From: Proteromonas lacertae
Taxonomy: Eukaryota
Length of the DNA: 64,000 nucleotides
NCBI GenBank assembly: GCA_002245135.1
Contig: NGBS01001164.1
Coordinates: 1 to 64,000, forward strand
Direction of reading: 5' to 3'
Both the position numbers and the translations under genes were made by a program. The notes beneath the pieces are model-generated. The model saw nothing but the letters and a program-made list of their open reading frames with translations, had not been told where the DNA came from and did not search any database. Positions 1-14,000 of the stretch are shown in pieces; within the stretch, counting starts at the first letter, position 1, and every line of letters starts with the position of its first letter.

Positions 1-1089
1 AATCAAAGATACAATCATTAGAAGAAATAATTAAAATTCAAGATGCTAACAGAAATAATGAGGAATATATTTTACTAAATAAATGGAGAGAAAAAGTATA
101 TCAATTGTTAATACAAACTAAATTAAATGAGAAAACAAACAACAGAGAATTTATGACTTTAAAAGATGAAAATGAAAAATTGAAGAAAGAAAAAGAAGAA
201 ATGAAAAAAGAAATAAAAAAGCTATGAATATGTTCTACCATGGTTTTTCCGATATATATAGGCAGATTGTATAATAATTTATTTTTATTAATTTGTATAG
301 ATGATGTCATCTGATAGTATTATAACTAAATGCAATACTAAAATACATCAATTAACAGAATTCATCAATTTCAATATAAATCCTATATTTGAAAGGATAT
401 CAACTACAAATGATGGATTTAAAGATACAATAGATCATTTAGTGGAAGAAAATGAAGATTTGAAAGCTCAAATTAATCAATACCAAATAGAGCTAGATAA
501 TTTAACTCAAAAATTCAGTATAAAAGAGAAAGAATTGAACAATCAAATAGACAAAATAAACGAAATTTACAGACTAGAGAAATGTAGTTATCGAGAAACA
601 AGTAAATCAAATGAAGAATTACAAAATAGAATATCTCAATTAGAAAGTGATAATGAAGCTTTAAAAACAAAATAGATAGATTGAATGTAGAAAAACAATC
701 TTTAGAATGTAAGAGAAAAGATGATGAAAAGATAATTCAAAAACTAACCAAAGAGAATAAAAGATCTTTATATAGAGAAGGAATGAGATTAACAAATATG
801 TTTAAGAAGAACACCCTAATGAACAGAATGAAGATAATAAAGATAAAGAGAATGAAGATGATGATGTTGAATCTGAAGATAGTGTAAGTTCAGATTCACT
901 TAGTGATAGTGATAGCGATGATTATTGGTTAAATCGTAAGAAAAAAGTAAATTATAATATCAAAACAACAAAAGAAAAAGAAAAAAAGTAAAGAAAGAAA
1001 AAGCAATGAATGTTAGAAAAGACAAATATTTAAGCAGTGAAGAAGAATTGAAATTGCTTGATAAGATGGTAAAAATTATAAATAAATAA
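1..1089 (+). CDS. Coiled-coil protein with CCHCR1/HCR-like motif (5' partial; apparent frameshifts)
   Basis: Frame 3 from base 3 reads SKIQSLEEIIKIQD...LLNKWREKVYQLLIQ, resembling the HCR motif LLxRWREKVFxLxVQ. There is a GT-AG intron at 269-300. The ORF pieces (301-675, 681-~813, acidic tract ~814-985, tail to TAA 1087-1089) join if one A is restored in A runs at ~220, ~670, ~813 and ~985. Confidence 0.5.
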
Positions 1090-1187
1090 TAATTAATAAT
1101 TAATATGTATTTTAATGTTTTTTTGTGAATTGTTAAATTTTGACATTTACACAGTCATTAAGTGGTATTTTTCAGTTTTTTTATAAA

Positions 1188-2349
1188 ATGGGGAATAAAG
1201 AGACTAAGCAGGACGAAATAGCTTCTGAAAATCTAGTCATCAGTGAATTTACAAAAATAACTCCTCTTGAGAATAGACCATGTGGTAGTTTGTTTCTTGC
1301 TGTTCATACTAAACGTAATAATGGTATTAGTAATATATTATAGTGGTAAATATTGTGGACTTAAGAAATACGTGAAAACAGCTTTAATCACAGAGAATAA
1401 AATAAATGTGATATTAAATGAGAGATCGATAATGATACAGCTATATCACCCATTTATAGTTAATTTGTATAGCAGTACATGTAATTATTTAGAATGCACG
1501 CATTTCAAGACGATGATTATTGTTATTTTGTCGAAGATTATTGTCCAGGAGGATCAATGTCTTATCTCATCGATCATACATCTAACGGTAAATTATCAGA
1601 ATCAGAAGCACAGTTCTATATATGCTGTATATTATTTGCACTAGAATATATTCATTCAAAAGGAATTGTTCATAGAACATTAACACTTGATAATTTATTG
1701 ATTGATTATACAGGTTACTGTAAATTAACAAACTTTTATTATGCATGTGAAAATGGTAAACAAGCAGTTTCAATACCAAATGATAATCCCAATGTAAATG
1801 ATTGTTATATTGCACCTGAAGTAAAACAAATCAATAATCTTTCTTCATTTACTTCTGATTTCTATTCAGTTGGAGTTTGTTTGTATATATTATTAACAGG
1901 GAAAATACCAAAATCAAATCCTAAAAATGATCTTACGGTTATAAAATCAAGTTGTTCAACTGATGTGAATGATTTCTTGGAGAATATATTAGTAAGTGAT
2001 CAGTATCAACGATTAGGATGCAAGTATTACTATTTTAATATTATTTAATAGTAGTGGTATAAAACAGATTCTTCAACATCCATGGATAAAGGAATATACA
2101 TGGTCAAATGTGAGAAAGAAAGATCAAACACCAGCTATACATATTGATGTTTCACAAACAAGATATAATTCAGATAAAGTAGTTATTCCTTCAGTAATAA
2201 CTACTTCAAAACCTAATTTAAGCGATATTTTTAAAGATTATAATTACAAAGAAACTGTAAATGTTTCTGAAGAGCAACAATTGTCTGATTTGATAAAGTC
2301 AAGTGATATTACTGCTGAGTTTTATTCAGGTGGAATTAATCAAATTTAA
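1188..2349 (+). CDS. AGC-like probable pseudokinase, N-myristoylation-type start (MGNKET)
   Basis: Introns at 1315-1343 (needs one extra A before the donor to keep frame), 1467-1492 and 2024-2051. The kinase scaffold is recognisable (NERSIMIQLYHPFIVNL, AFQDD, YCPGG, YIAPE, RLG..HPW), but HRD reads HRT, DFG reads NFY and there is no Gly loop. Confidence 0.8.
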
Positions 2350-2376
2350 AAAAAATAGATTATATGTTTTGTTTAA

Positions 2377-3281
2377 TTAATTTCTTTTTATTAAACTCAC
2401 ATCAACATCTTTTACATTAATAATAAATTGAGGTTTAATTTTGACTGAATCTAATAATACATACTCATCCTTTTTAAACCTCCCTACATGTTTATTACAT
2501 TTAGGACAATCAATTTTATTAGCTTTTTCAATGAAGTAATTCTTAATCCTAAATCGAGGAACTATATAATACATATTATTAACCTTTGTTATTAGATTTG
2601 TATTTGCAAAAGGATAAAACCACATTTCTTACATTTATAATTATTTGTTACTTTACTATTATTTTCATATTTTTTACACATATCACAATTGTCTATTAAG
2701 GAAGCATCATAATCAATACTTTCTCTTAAATTTTGTATATTCTGAATAAGAAAAAGATGATACTAAATAAATTAATAAAAAGAAAAATACAATTTCAAAT
2801 CCAATTGATCTTTTTGCTAAAATCCATTCATAAACTAAAAGCTGTCTTTGAAATCCATCATTTACAAATATTTCATGATGTCTTGCTCTTATATATTCTA
2901 CTGCTTGATATGCTCCTAAGTGTTTAGATTGCATTAAATATGATGCAACTATAGTTACACTTCTAGATTGTCCATAAAAACAATGAACTAAAATTCCTTC
3001 ATCATGTTTAACAATTTTTTCTATAAATTCATTAGTTTTACAAAAATAAATAATTATAATGGTTGAATCTAAATCAAGAATGTCAATTAACAATCTATCA
3101 GCTGTCTAATTGAATTATAGAAATAATATACAAAATTATTTGGTAGTTTAGAATCAACAAGAGATACTACTGCTTTTATATTATTTTTCGTTATTAAATC
3201 GCTAAATAGTGAATCAACGCCTCCTACATAAATTTTATCGCATATTAAATCAACTGGATTTGTTTCATTGAAATCAGACAT
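2377..3281 (-). CDS. DUSP12: Dual-specificity phosphatase with C-terminal Cys-rich zinc-binding domain (DUSP12/YVH1-like)
   Basis: KIYVGG N-terminal motif, catalytic VHCFYGQSRS, NDGFQRQL, and C-terminal CxxC pairs (CDMCKK, KIDCPKCNKHVGRF). Spread over ORFs 3087-3281, 2713-3093 and 2377-2625, separated by short introns. Confidence 0.85.
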
Positions 3282-3662
3282 ATAAATTTTGAGATTTGTC
3301 TATCTGTCTTTGAATTAAATGAAAATTTTCAAAATAGATTATCAAACCTACAACAAATATATAGTCGTTTTTGAATTAATGTTTTATTAAATAATGAGAG
3401 ATAGAGAGAATAATTTGTATATTGATATTCATTTTGTTTAATGCATTGCAGGTATAAAGTAGTTGAGTATTTAATTGTTTGTTTATGTTGTTGATCTGGG
3501 TAGATTATTGGAATTAGCTGTATAACTAGCCAAAATGGATGTAATCATTAATATACTATATAGTAAACATTATATATTATTTAAATGTTGGGAATATGTA
3601 AGAACCATTTGTTCTGCTTCACTGTTCTATAGTACTTTTTTTTCTTCTTTTTTCTTCGCACA

Positions 3663-4664
3663 ATGAATTTTTTTATTTTATCAATAATATTTATAATTTC
3701 AGTTATTGCTAGTATATATCTACAACATATTTTACTTATAGATAATAATGAAACTGTTCAATGTATAGTAAGTCCAAGATCTTCAAGTTATTCTGTAGGA
3801 AGTGAAATAAAAATAAATGTAAAGTGTCCTAATAATCAAATGCCCCTTATATACCCACCATTACCAAGTTGGTTAAAGTACAATAAAGAATTCCAAATAA
3901 TCGAAGGAATATCGTCCAATGAGAATAATAGTTTTGACACTAATTTTTTCTATGTTGTAGCTCAAGGAGTTAATACACCATCTAGATTTTCATTGACTAT
4001 ATATGATGAAAAAACGTGTGATGCAGGAAATGTTGAAGAGACTGTTGAAACAAATAAAAATGATAAAAACAAAAAGAAAGTAAAAAAGAACAAAAACAAA
4101 AACAAAAACAAAAAAGAAAAGCATATAAGTTTAACAAAAGGGTTATATATGAATTTAACTGTAATATATTTGTATAATTATTGTCTTTTATAGATTGATG
4201 GATATAATAAGACTGTATTAAGTGACATAGATAATTACGAATTATTTACTTTATTGTCTACTTTAATGAATGTACCAACATCAAAAATAACAGTTGAAGA
4301 GGTCAATTTAATCAATAATAAACTGTCATATAGATTTTATATTAATGAAAATAAGAAAATATGTAAGGAAATTAGAAAATCAATGAAATGGGCATTTCCA
4401 AAAGGTGATTTACATCCTTTTATTCAACATTTTACATTAGGTGAACTAAGTAATACAAAAATCTCTATAAGATATCTTGGTGATGACTCTTCAGGTGGTT
4501 ATAAACTTTTATCATTCCATACATTAGGAGTTTGTCTACTTTATCTACTGTATTTATCAATAGTGCTGATTGTGATATACATGTCTTGTCTTTATATAGT
4601 TGGATGTTATTATATTGGAAAGAAATATATGATACCCTTTGTTAAATACTTAATTAAAACATAA
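3663..4664 (+). CDS. Membrane protein with one He_PIG-like Ig domain, a Lys/Asn tract, a SEA-like segment and a C-terminal TM helix
   Basis: Hydrophobic N-terminus, He_PIG-like motif PPLPSWLKYNKEFQIIEGI, intron 4161-4193 joining to the 4254-4664 frame, and a long hydrophobic C-terminal helix. Confidence 0.7.
4086..4115 (+). repeat. Coding hexamer microsatellite (AACAAA)n encoding KNKNKNKNK
   Basis: aagaacaaaaacaaaaacaaaaacaaaaaa read directly. Confidence 0.7.
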
Positions 4665-4765
4665 TTTTTGTTTTTTATATACACTACAACCTTTTTTAGT
4701 GTGATTTGACAATTTATCCAAAAACTGAACAAAAAAATCCCCATAAAATAAAAAAGAATAATTCT

Positions 4766-5350
4766 ATGGAATTGGTATTGTTATTTATTTCTATTTGTAC
4801 AGAATATTAACCATTTCAATGAAATAAAGAAGAAAATAATAGTTGCAATTAGTTTTTCATGTTTATCAGAAGTATTTTTTCTATTTACATTAAAAAAAAG
4901 GTATCTTCAATAGGATTATTCGTTTTAATGATTAGAAGTAACATGCTGTTTTCATTTTATTTGGGAACTGCTGCTATTTTTAGTTTTGTATCACCATGGT
5001 TTGGTTTACTGGTAATAAAATACCGACGTGCGATTATACTATCATGGGTATATAATTAAATTGTATATAAATTAGTTCAAATTTACAAATGTTGCTGTTG
5101 TTGTTCTATTCGTATTAATAATAGCATTATGTTTCTATTATAGATAATATACGCAGTAGTGGTATTTATAATGGAGGTTCAAAAAGATAAGTGGGATTAT
5201 TTAGGATTATACTTGTTACTCACGGCTTTTCCTATCATTTTTTCTGTATATTATAATAAATATGCTTTATTATTATAATAGACAGTTTCATTTTGTGTAA
5301 GTAAGAGTGTAAATATAGAAGAATCATATGTTCCATTAGATGATGATTAA
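4766..5350 (+). CDS. Small multi-exon membrane protein (~4 TM helices), function unknown
   Basis: Manual splicing of five short GT-AG introns (e.g. 4775-4802, 4872-4900, 5112-5143) gives one open frame: MELNINHF...VSSIGLFVLM...FKFTNVAVVVLFIIYAVVVFIM...LGLYLLLTAFPIIFS...EESYVPLDDD*. Confidence 0.65.
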
Positions 5351-5717
5351 ATTTTGCATATATAATAGTGATATTTGATTTATAACAATTTTATATATGT
5401 TCTTTATTACTTAGAATAAATAATGTAAATAATTACTAAAGTTGTATTTATTTATTATCAATTGTTGTGTATTTTTGGTGATACTTCTATAATAAATTCA
5501 TTTTCCATTGGAACAACTCAATCTTCCAAAGAGTGATTAAATCATAAAAAAACAGCTAAATTTCAATGCTTATCCCAATTTCTTTTCTCTTAAATAAATA
5601 TGCGAAAATTGATTTGTTACGAGATTCAATTCTATAAACAAAATATCTGAAAAAACAAAATTACATTTTGAAAATGATTAATTCAAAATAGATTTGAAAG
5701 AACAATTTTGATTTCTT

Positions 5718-7919
5718 ATGGGAACATCACCTAGTTTTATTAAAGAGTGCACTTACATCGTCCCAAATTCTGCAGACTATGAGCATGGATACGTATATTG
5801 CTTCATTTGATTTATAGGGACCGATCTACAGACATAGTGGTTGTGAAAATGGTTTGGTAGAAAATAAATGGCCTGACTGTTATACACTCTATGATTTGTT
5901 CAAGTATATAATAGTTGTTTCTTACTTCTTATAGTTATGGAAGTAAACATTATGGTAAAGAACCTTGTTTTGGTAGAAGACGTCTTATAGATGGAAAATT
6001 AGAAAGAGTCTTTACATTCTTTACGTATTGTAACTCATTTACAAATTATTTAGATATTTTGAGGTTGGACAAATGGTTAAAAGTTTTGGAAGTGGTTTAA
6101 AAAACCTAAAATTAGTAAATGCAATAAAAGGAGATGGAGTTCACAAGAAACAAGATGGTAGTGATTTTGAATGTATAGGTATCTACTGTCGTAATTGTTA
6201 TGAATGGTGTGTTTGTGAGTATGGTAGTTTCTATAATAACTATACAATTGTTCCATTATACGATACATTAGGAGCTGATGGTTTAAGTGTAATTTTAGAT
6301 GAAGTTGGTTTTAGTACGATAATGTGTGGTGAAAAGGAATTAACCAATTTAATCAACCTCTTGGAAACTCAAAAACATGATACTTTAAAGAATGTTATTA
6401 CTGTTGATGAATTATCAGAAGAATTAAAGAAAAAAATCAAAGATTTAAACTTGAATTTATTCACTTTCAATGATATAATAGAAAGTGGAAAAGAACATCC
6501 AATTAGTGAAAATGAATTGTCTTTACCAAAGAGAGAAGATACTGCATTAATTATTTATACAAGTGGATCTACTGGAACTCCAAAAGGTGTTGTTATCTAT
6601 CACAGATGTTTAGCTTCATTAGCTCAATCCAGTCAACTACATGATGATAGAACGATGGGTGTAACTGGTGATTTTTATATATCCTACTTACCATTACCAC
6701 ATGTATTTGAACAGTTTATTATTGGAAATATTCTAAGTGCTGGTGGTGCTATTGGTTTTTATAGTGGTGATAAGAGACTATTGATGGAAGATATATTTAT
6801 ACTAAAACCAACTATATTTGCATCTGTTCCAAGAATATTCAGTAGAATGAAAGATCAAATTGAAATGACTGTTAAGAAAACTGGTGGATTTGTAGAGACA
6901 ATGTTTAATAAGGCAATTACTGCAAAACAAGCTGCTTTAGATGATGGATACTTAACTAACAGACTATATGATAAATTGGTATTTTCAAAGATTAAAGCCA
7001 AGCTTGGATTTGACAGAATAAGATGGATAGTAAGTGGTTCAGCTCCATTACCAATTGATACTTGTAGATTCTTACGATGTGTATTTGGTTGTCCATTATT
7101 TGAAGGTTATGGTATGACAGAATCAGGAGGAGGTATTTGCTGTGGTGAATTAGACGATGTTTCACGATTTGGTAGTTGTGGAGGACCAACTCATTGCTGT
7201 GAAATGAGATTAGTATCAGTACCAGAGAAACATTATTCTGTTGAAGATAAAGAACATACTAGTAATACTGGTACAATAGTATGTGATGGAAGGGGTGAGA
7301 TATGTTTAAGAGGTTTTAATGTTACTCCAGGTTATTTTAATAGACCTGATTTAACTAAAGAGACTATAGATGAAGAAGGGTGGTTTCATACTGGAGATAT
7401 TGGTTTGTGGGATGATAAAGGAACAATCCATGTGATTGATAGAAAGAAGAATATATTGAAACTATCTCAAGGTGAATATGTAGCTATAGAATCATTAGAA
7501 AATGTATTTATATTTGTTATATTATTATTATTAATTAGATATATCAATCATCTCAATATGTTGATCAAATATTTGTATATGGTGATAGTTATAAGAGTTG
7601 TTTAGTTGCAATTATTGTTCCTGATTATGGTAGTTTGAAATTATGGTGCAAGGAGAAAGGATATAGAGAAGAAAGCTTTCAATCATTATGTCAGAGTGAT
7701 GCAGTTAAAGAATTAATACAAAATGACTTATTAAGAGTTTGGAAAGAAAAGAAATTGAATGGTATAGAAAGATTAGCTGCTATTAGTATTCATTCTGATG
7801 CTTTTACAGTTGAAGATAACTTATTAACACCTACAATGAAACTTCGAAGAAATGATTTATCATCTAGATATAAAACTGAAATTGATCAATTGTATGAAGA
7901 TGTAAAGAATAAAAAGTGA
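5718..7919 (+). CDS. ACSL: Long-chain acyl-CoA synthetase (ACSL/LACS)
   Basis: AMP-binding motif IIYTSGSTGTPKGV, plus SYLPLPHVFE, EGYGMTE, GWFHTGDIG, IDRKKNILKLSQGEYVA and C-terminal LLTPTMKLRR. The 5' exons (MGTSPSF...HGY|GPIYRH) are joined by short introns such as 5793-5817. Confidence 0.95.
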
Positions 7920-8067
7920 TTTTATTGTTGATATATATTATAAATAACATGTTATAAAAGGCTTTGTCTATGTATATGGATTTTGTTGTTGTTAATCTTA
8001 CCAAATTCAATTCCTTTAACAGTATAATCATATAAAATATGTATATAATAAATATATCTAACAATAA

Positions 8068-11000
8068 CTATTTAACATTTGCATATTCATTGGATGGAGT
8101 AACAATCAACATCTTCTCATGCAAAGCTGTTCTACTTGATTTAACAATCATATTCTTTGTAGATTCTTGACTCTCTTTATTTGATTCTTTTGATCCACCT
8201 GATTTAAAATCTTGAGATGCTGGTGTAAAATCTGATAAAGCCATTTTCAAACTTTGTTTTTCATTTCTACAAACATGGGCACTAGAATTGACTGAGAGAT
8301 TATATGATTCTGCTCTTGAACTACCACTCTTTGGGTATATATGTGAATTCTTCTTTATAAATCCAGATCTATATATATATGAATTAATAACAGTAAATAT
8401 ATATACGAAGAACCATTACTATCTGTTGGTGATATATCATCATTTACTTTCAATGTTCCATCTACGTTTTCTAAAACTGTTTTATCTTTTACATACACAT
8501 TACGATTCAATAATGACTGACAAGTTCCGTTTTCATCACTCTTTATATTCTCTAATCTTATCTTTTTGGATACTGGTATAACATTTCTTGATTCTTCATT
8601 TATCCCATGCAAATCTGTTCTTGGTGAATGCTTAGTCATTGATTTTGGAGGGAAAAATGGACTATATTTAGAAGAATCAGATGTCTTAGATTTAGATTCT
8701 TTAGCATTCTGAGCATTTAAATAATACAAATGTAATTTTTCTCCCATAATTATTACAGATATGAATGTAGAAACTAATGATATTCCCATTCCTATTAATA
8801 TTTTTTTCATACTGAAATCTGAAATAAACAAAGAGGAAGGAGCTATAATTAATACCCCAAATATTACAGAAAAATTAAAGATCTTAAATAATATGTATAG
8901 AAAAAGATATATATAACAATTGCTGAATAAGTTATACTCATCGATTCATTAAACTCTGGATCAGCATTTCTCAATCTAAAACTAGAGTAAAGCAGCATTA
9001 AATAAAATGTTAAAAACACAATTATTGCAATAACTCCAAGTGGAATATTAAATACACAACTCTTAATTATTACTGTTCTTTCTACTGTAGTATCATCTCC
9101 AACAATTTCTGTTTTTATACTATTAAATGAAATAATATATATTGATAATATACCTTGGCTGAACAGCGAAATTCCATATTATTGTGTATATTGTAAATAG
9201 TATAGTAATTATCATTACATTATAGAATAAATCGAACTGAGTCACTTTTACTTTTTTAATTCCTGTATTATTCAACACTTTATGCACTTTAAAAATCTTT
9301 ATAAATAAAGTTGATAGTAACAAAATTGCAGAAAAAAGGAAACAAATAATCTGCCCTATACAATGTGTTTCATTTTCAGGTATGATACTTAAATACATAG
9401 CCGAAAATGATAAAAATACTGAGGAGATTATTACTAAAATACAAAATACAGGAAAAGCTCTTCTTATAATCTTCGATTTTCTTTTCACTATTACAAAGAC
9501 TAAAAATGATAAGTTTAATAATCCATTTATTACATTAGCAGCATATATAATTTCATCAATCCCTTTTCCAGCACTAAATAACAAAATGGGAGGTCCATAA
9601 TATGGTAAATCATTTTGATCTTTTCTGTATGATGTTGGATATGTTGCAATTACTGATAATGTTAAATGATTATTAATTTGACTATAGTAATGATCATGAA
9701 TAATTATATTAGAAGTGGCAATACTTACCTGAACTCCATAATTTAAAAAACTGTTCTTGTACAACAGATACCTAAATATAGTCTTATCTATATTAACATA
9801 TTCCTTTTTATATCCAACACACAAATCTATTCCTTTAGATAACATTTTCATTGCTAATGATGAGTAATATATAAAATCATTCACATGAATTTGATTATAA
9901 GAATTATCTTTAATTAAATTGTTATAACTTTTTGTTACTAAATTGTAAGGCATATAAGAATAAATTACATAATGATGCTTTAATGTATTCTGATAATTAA
10001 GAAATACATCATAATCTGGAAATACGAAATGCATTGTAATAGATGAACTTGTCAACTCTAAATTCTCATATGCACTGATTATATTTCTCAAACATTCTTC
10101 ACCAAAGTGAATTACAATTACTATAACATTTATTATTAATTCATATAGATATTATACCTGCAATCTTTTCATTTGATGTTGAATATTCTCTAAACCTTTC
10201 TTTCACGATTTCTTCAGCATTTATACATTCATCAAGTACTATTACATCCAATAGATTATACTCATTTCTCATTGTTTTGTTCAACATATCCAATCTAAGT
10301 AGAATTAAGAAAAACAATCAAATCATCAAATAGAATAAAGAAAAAAGATATACAGGACATTTTGATAAACCAATCAAAATAACATTCTTCATCATCATCT
10401 TTTTAAATTGATCATCTATAATATCATACGCTACAGTATCAACAAACGAAAATGAAATGATATTACTTTGTAACAAACTCTGTTTTGTTCCACCTGTTAT
10501 GTGGAATAATAAAGTTCTATTAAAATCATATCTTACTTTTTCAAGATTATATGGGAATATAAAACCAACATATGCAAAATATTCATCTTGATTACTTTCA
10601 ACTATTTCTTTTAATTCATCTGTTGTAGTATAACTCTTTGAGAATAATTGAAATCTATAATCATATATTTTTTCTTTATTAATTTCATTCATTTGGTAGT
10701 AAAATGTTAAAAACATATTAATTGATATCATTGGTTCAACAGGAGAAAGAATAAACAATATCTTAAATACATATTGATCTTTAGCAGCAACATCTACATC
10801 TAATAAACATCTTTTGGTATTAGAATAAGGATTATAATTGTAAGGATATATCGGTGTTTCTTGTGAATATTCTAGAATGAATTTTGGTTTTCTATAAGTT
10901 GTTTTTATTTTTGAAACAAACAACAATTGTTCAGGTTTTCTACCTACTGTAATATATACTAAACCATATGGACTTATTGTCTTTAAATTATTGTTAAAAA

Positions 11001-14000
11001 CATACCATAAATGATCATTTATTTCAAGCCCATTTGCATCATTAAACAATCGATTCATCAATTGCATTGTCGTTATTGCTATATGTTGTGGATATTCAAT
11101 TATATAACTATCTGAATATATATGTTCATATGCAATTGATATATCTCGTGATACACTACTATATTTATAGTTCAAATCTGTATTACTAGTATTTGCTAAA
11201 CTATCAAAATATGGACTAATAATATAGAAATTATTTATAAGATATAAGTCTCTAGTTTCAATTTGTAAAGTACATAAATCTGTAACTATCATATTACTAC
11301 TACTATTAAATAATTTTATAAACCATTCAAATGTTTCAGCATCAATATGCAAAACAGGACCAAATAGTAATAGAATAACATCTGTATTATTCTTTAATAG
11401 ATTAATAATTGGCTTTTCTGATAATCTATTATTTAAATCAAACGACAAAGATCTAATATCTTTAAACGGATAGTTTGATAATTGAGGGTATAGAGATGTG
11501 AAATATCCTGAATATTCTTCATTATAAATGATTGTAATATATCTGTTTTTCTTTATCACGAAATTGGTGAAATGATATCCAAGTTCATATGGAAAATAAT
11601 TCATAAATAATATATTCTTTTCGCATACTTCTCCAGGATGAGGCAATAAGTATACAAGTATCTTATTTGTATGATATAATAGTGGCAAAAAATACTGTTG
11701 TACATATTTATAGTTCAAAACAGCAAGGAAAACTGTTGTTTTTATACTTTCAAAAGATGCTATTATATCTTTATAATAGTACATTTGTAAATGTATATAA
11801 TGATCTAAAATTCCACCTTTCATATTCATATCTCCTATATATCTGTTAACAGAAGATACATAAGCTCTTTCATAAGGTGTCATATCCACTAAAGGATTTT
11901 CTAATATTATTCCAAAGAAGAATAATTCCTTTACATATACATACTGCTTGCTAGGATCATCGTTATTATCACCACCTTCATTATAATCAACTACACTTAT
12001 TTTTCCTGATGTAATATTCTTTTTATGACATATTTCATGGAATTGTATTAGTCCATGTCTGATAGTATATTTATCTTCCTTATAATTAATAAAGTAAAGA
12101 TCTCTTTTAACAATATTTGAATGAGATATAGAAATAGTAGAATAAGGTGTTTCAATTGATATATTATACATTGGCAAATCTTTTATTGTGTAACTATTGT
12201 ATGAAAATAGACGCTTTATATATTCTACATATATCAATGCTACAAATGATTCTTCATTTTCTATATCTTTTTGATGTTCTTGTCCTTCTTTTGATTCACT
12301 ATATTTCTCAAAATATTCATAAACTAGATAATCTGTGATGTTATTATCAAATATATATCCTTGTTGTTGAATAGATTTATTAATACCATATTTGTCATAT
12401 GTTACAATTATATAATTACTTATTTCTGCTCTACATGAAGCTAATGCTGTTAATGACAGTCTTTCACTACATGTATAAAACACTTTGTTACGATGAAGGA
12501 ATAAATCATCTTCTTGACAAATACTATCAGCAAAATACTTTAAAACATGTTTGTATAAAAGACTAATAACATTGAAGGATTCTGTTCCAACATAATTAAC
12601 AATGAAATTATCTATATCCTTTTCATAATCTTCTTCATCCACTAAATAATATATCACATCTAAGAAATATAATTCAGCTTTTATTCTTTTAACTAATACT
12701 TCTGACATTTGACTATATATTACAATGATTTTATTATAATAATGATTATTGGTAATATATTCAACAGCAGGAAAAATGGCTTGTAATGCACTTGATGAGC
12801 ATATTAAATTCTTTGATACTATACAATCTATACATGGATATATATTAAAGTAAAGAATTTCAGTACCATCAACGTATTTTTTCACTAATTCAGTTTCATA
12901 TTTTGACATTCCTCCAATAACCACTTTCAATCTTTTCATACTTAAAAGTGATGTAAATGCTCGAAGAAAATCAGAATTTGTATAACAATCATAAGTTACA
13001 ATAAATGTATATAATTCTTCTATAAATAAAATAAATTTATATATAAATATACCATTCATAATATAGTAATTAATTGCGTTTACAATAGTCAATACAACTG
13101 GTCTTGTATAACTAATTAAATCATCATCATTAACACTAAATAACAATCCAATTATATTAAACTGAACTTTTGTTGTTGAAGTCTCTTTTTTATCATAATC
13201 CACTATACACAGCAATCCTGAATAAGTGCCCATATACCAAGGATAAGGATAGATATATGATTCAATTTCACCAGAATAAGCTTTAACAAATTTCAATTTA
13301 TCACTATCATCTACTAAAACTACATACAGATCATTTGTAGATGATAAATATTTATTTATATATTGTTCATGTAATCCAATTCTGTATTTCTTATTCACTA
13401 TCTCCTCTAAATTATACAACAAATTGAATTTTCCAATTGATTTAACAATAGTAAAATACAATTCCATAGCATTATATCCAATATAATTAAAATATGTTGG
13501 AGTTCTATTATACGACCTATAAAATCCATTTTCGAAATCCATAAAATTCAATTCCAATAAATCAGCAAAATATCTATCTATTGAAAAAACATTTCGTGTA
13601 TTATAACTAGCATTACTATAATATCTAAATAAATCTAATGTGCAGAATGAGAAAGTGTCTAATTTACTCTTTGATGATATATAGTTAAAAACTGATGGTG
13701 ATAAATATGGTATTGTATTTAATACTAATACATCACTATCAAATACTCCATCTAAAAAGTTTCTGACGCTGTTTATTGTTGGATTAACCAATATCATACT
13801 ACGAAATCCTAATATCTTGGAATAACTTCTGAATAAATTGGAATAGACATCATTTATATCTACAGCTAATAAGAGAATGTGTTTTACATTTTTTGCATAG
13901 AAATGATTTAACAATGTTGTCATGACATTAGCTTTATTCTTAACAGTAGAGAAAATATGAGTACTACAAGTTCCAACATCATCATTAAATGAAAATAACA

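Noticed and set aside
221..268. GC-AG intron (221-261) plus a 7-nt micro-exon that would keep the first gene in frame
   Set aside because: Adding one A in the preceding A run gives a plausible open peptide (KKAMNMFYHGFSDIYRQI) and matches the pattern of neighbouring one-A indels, which is simpler.
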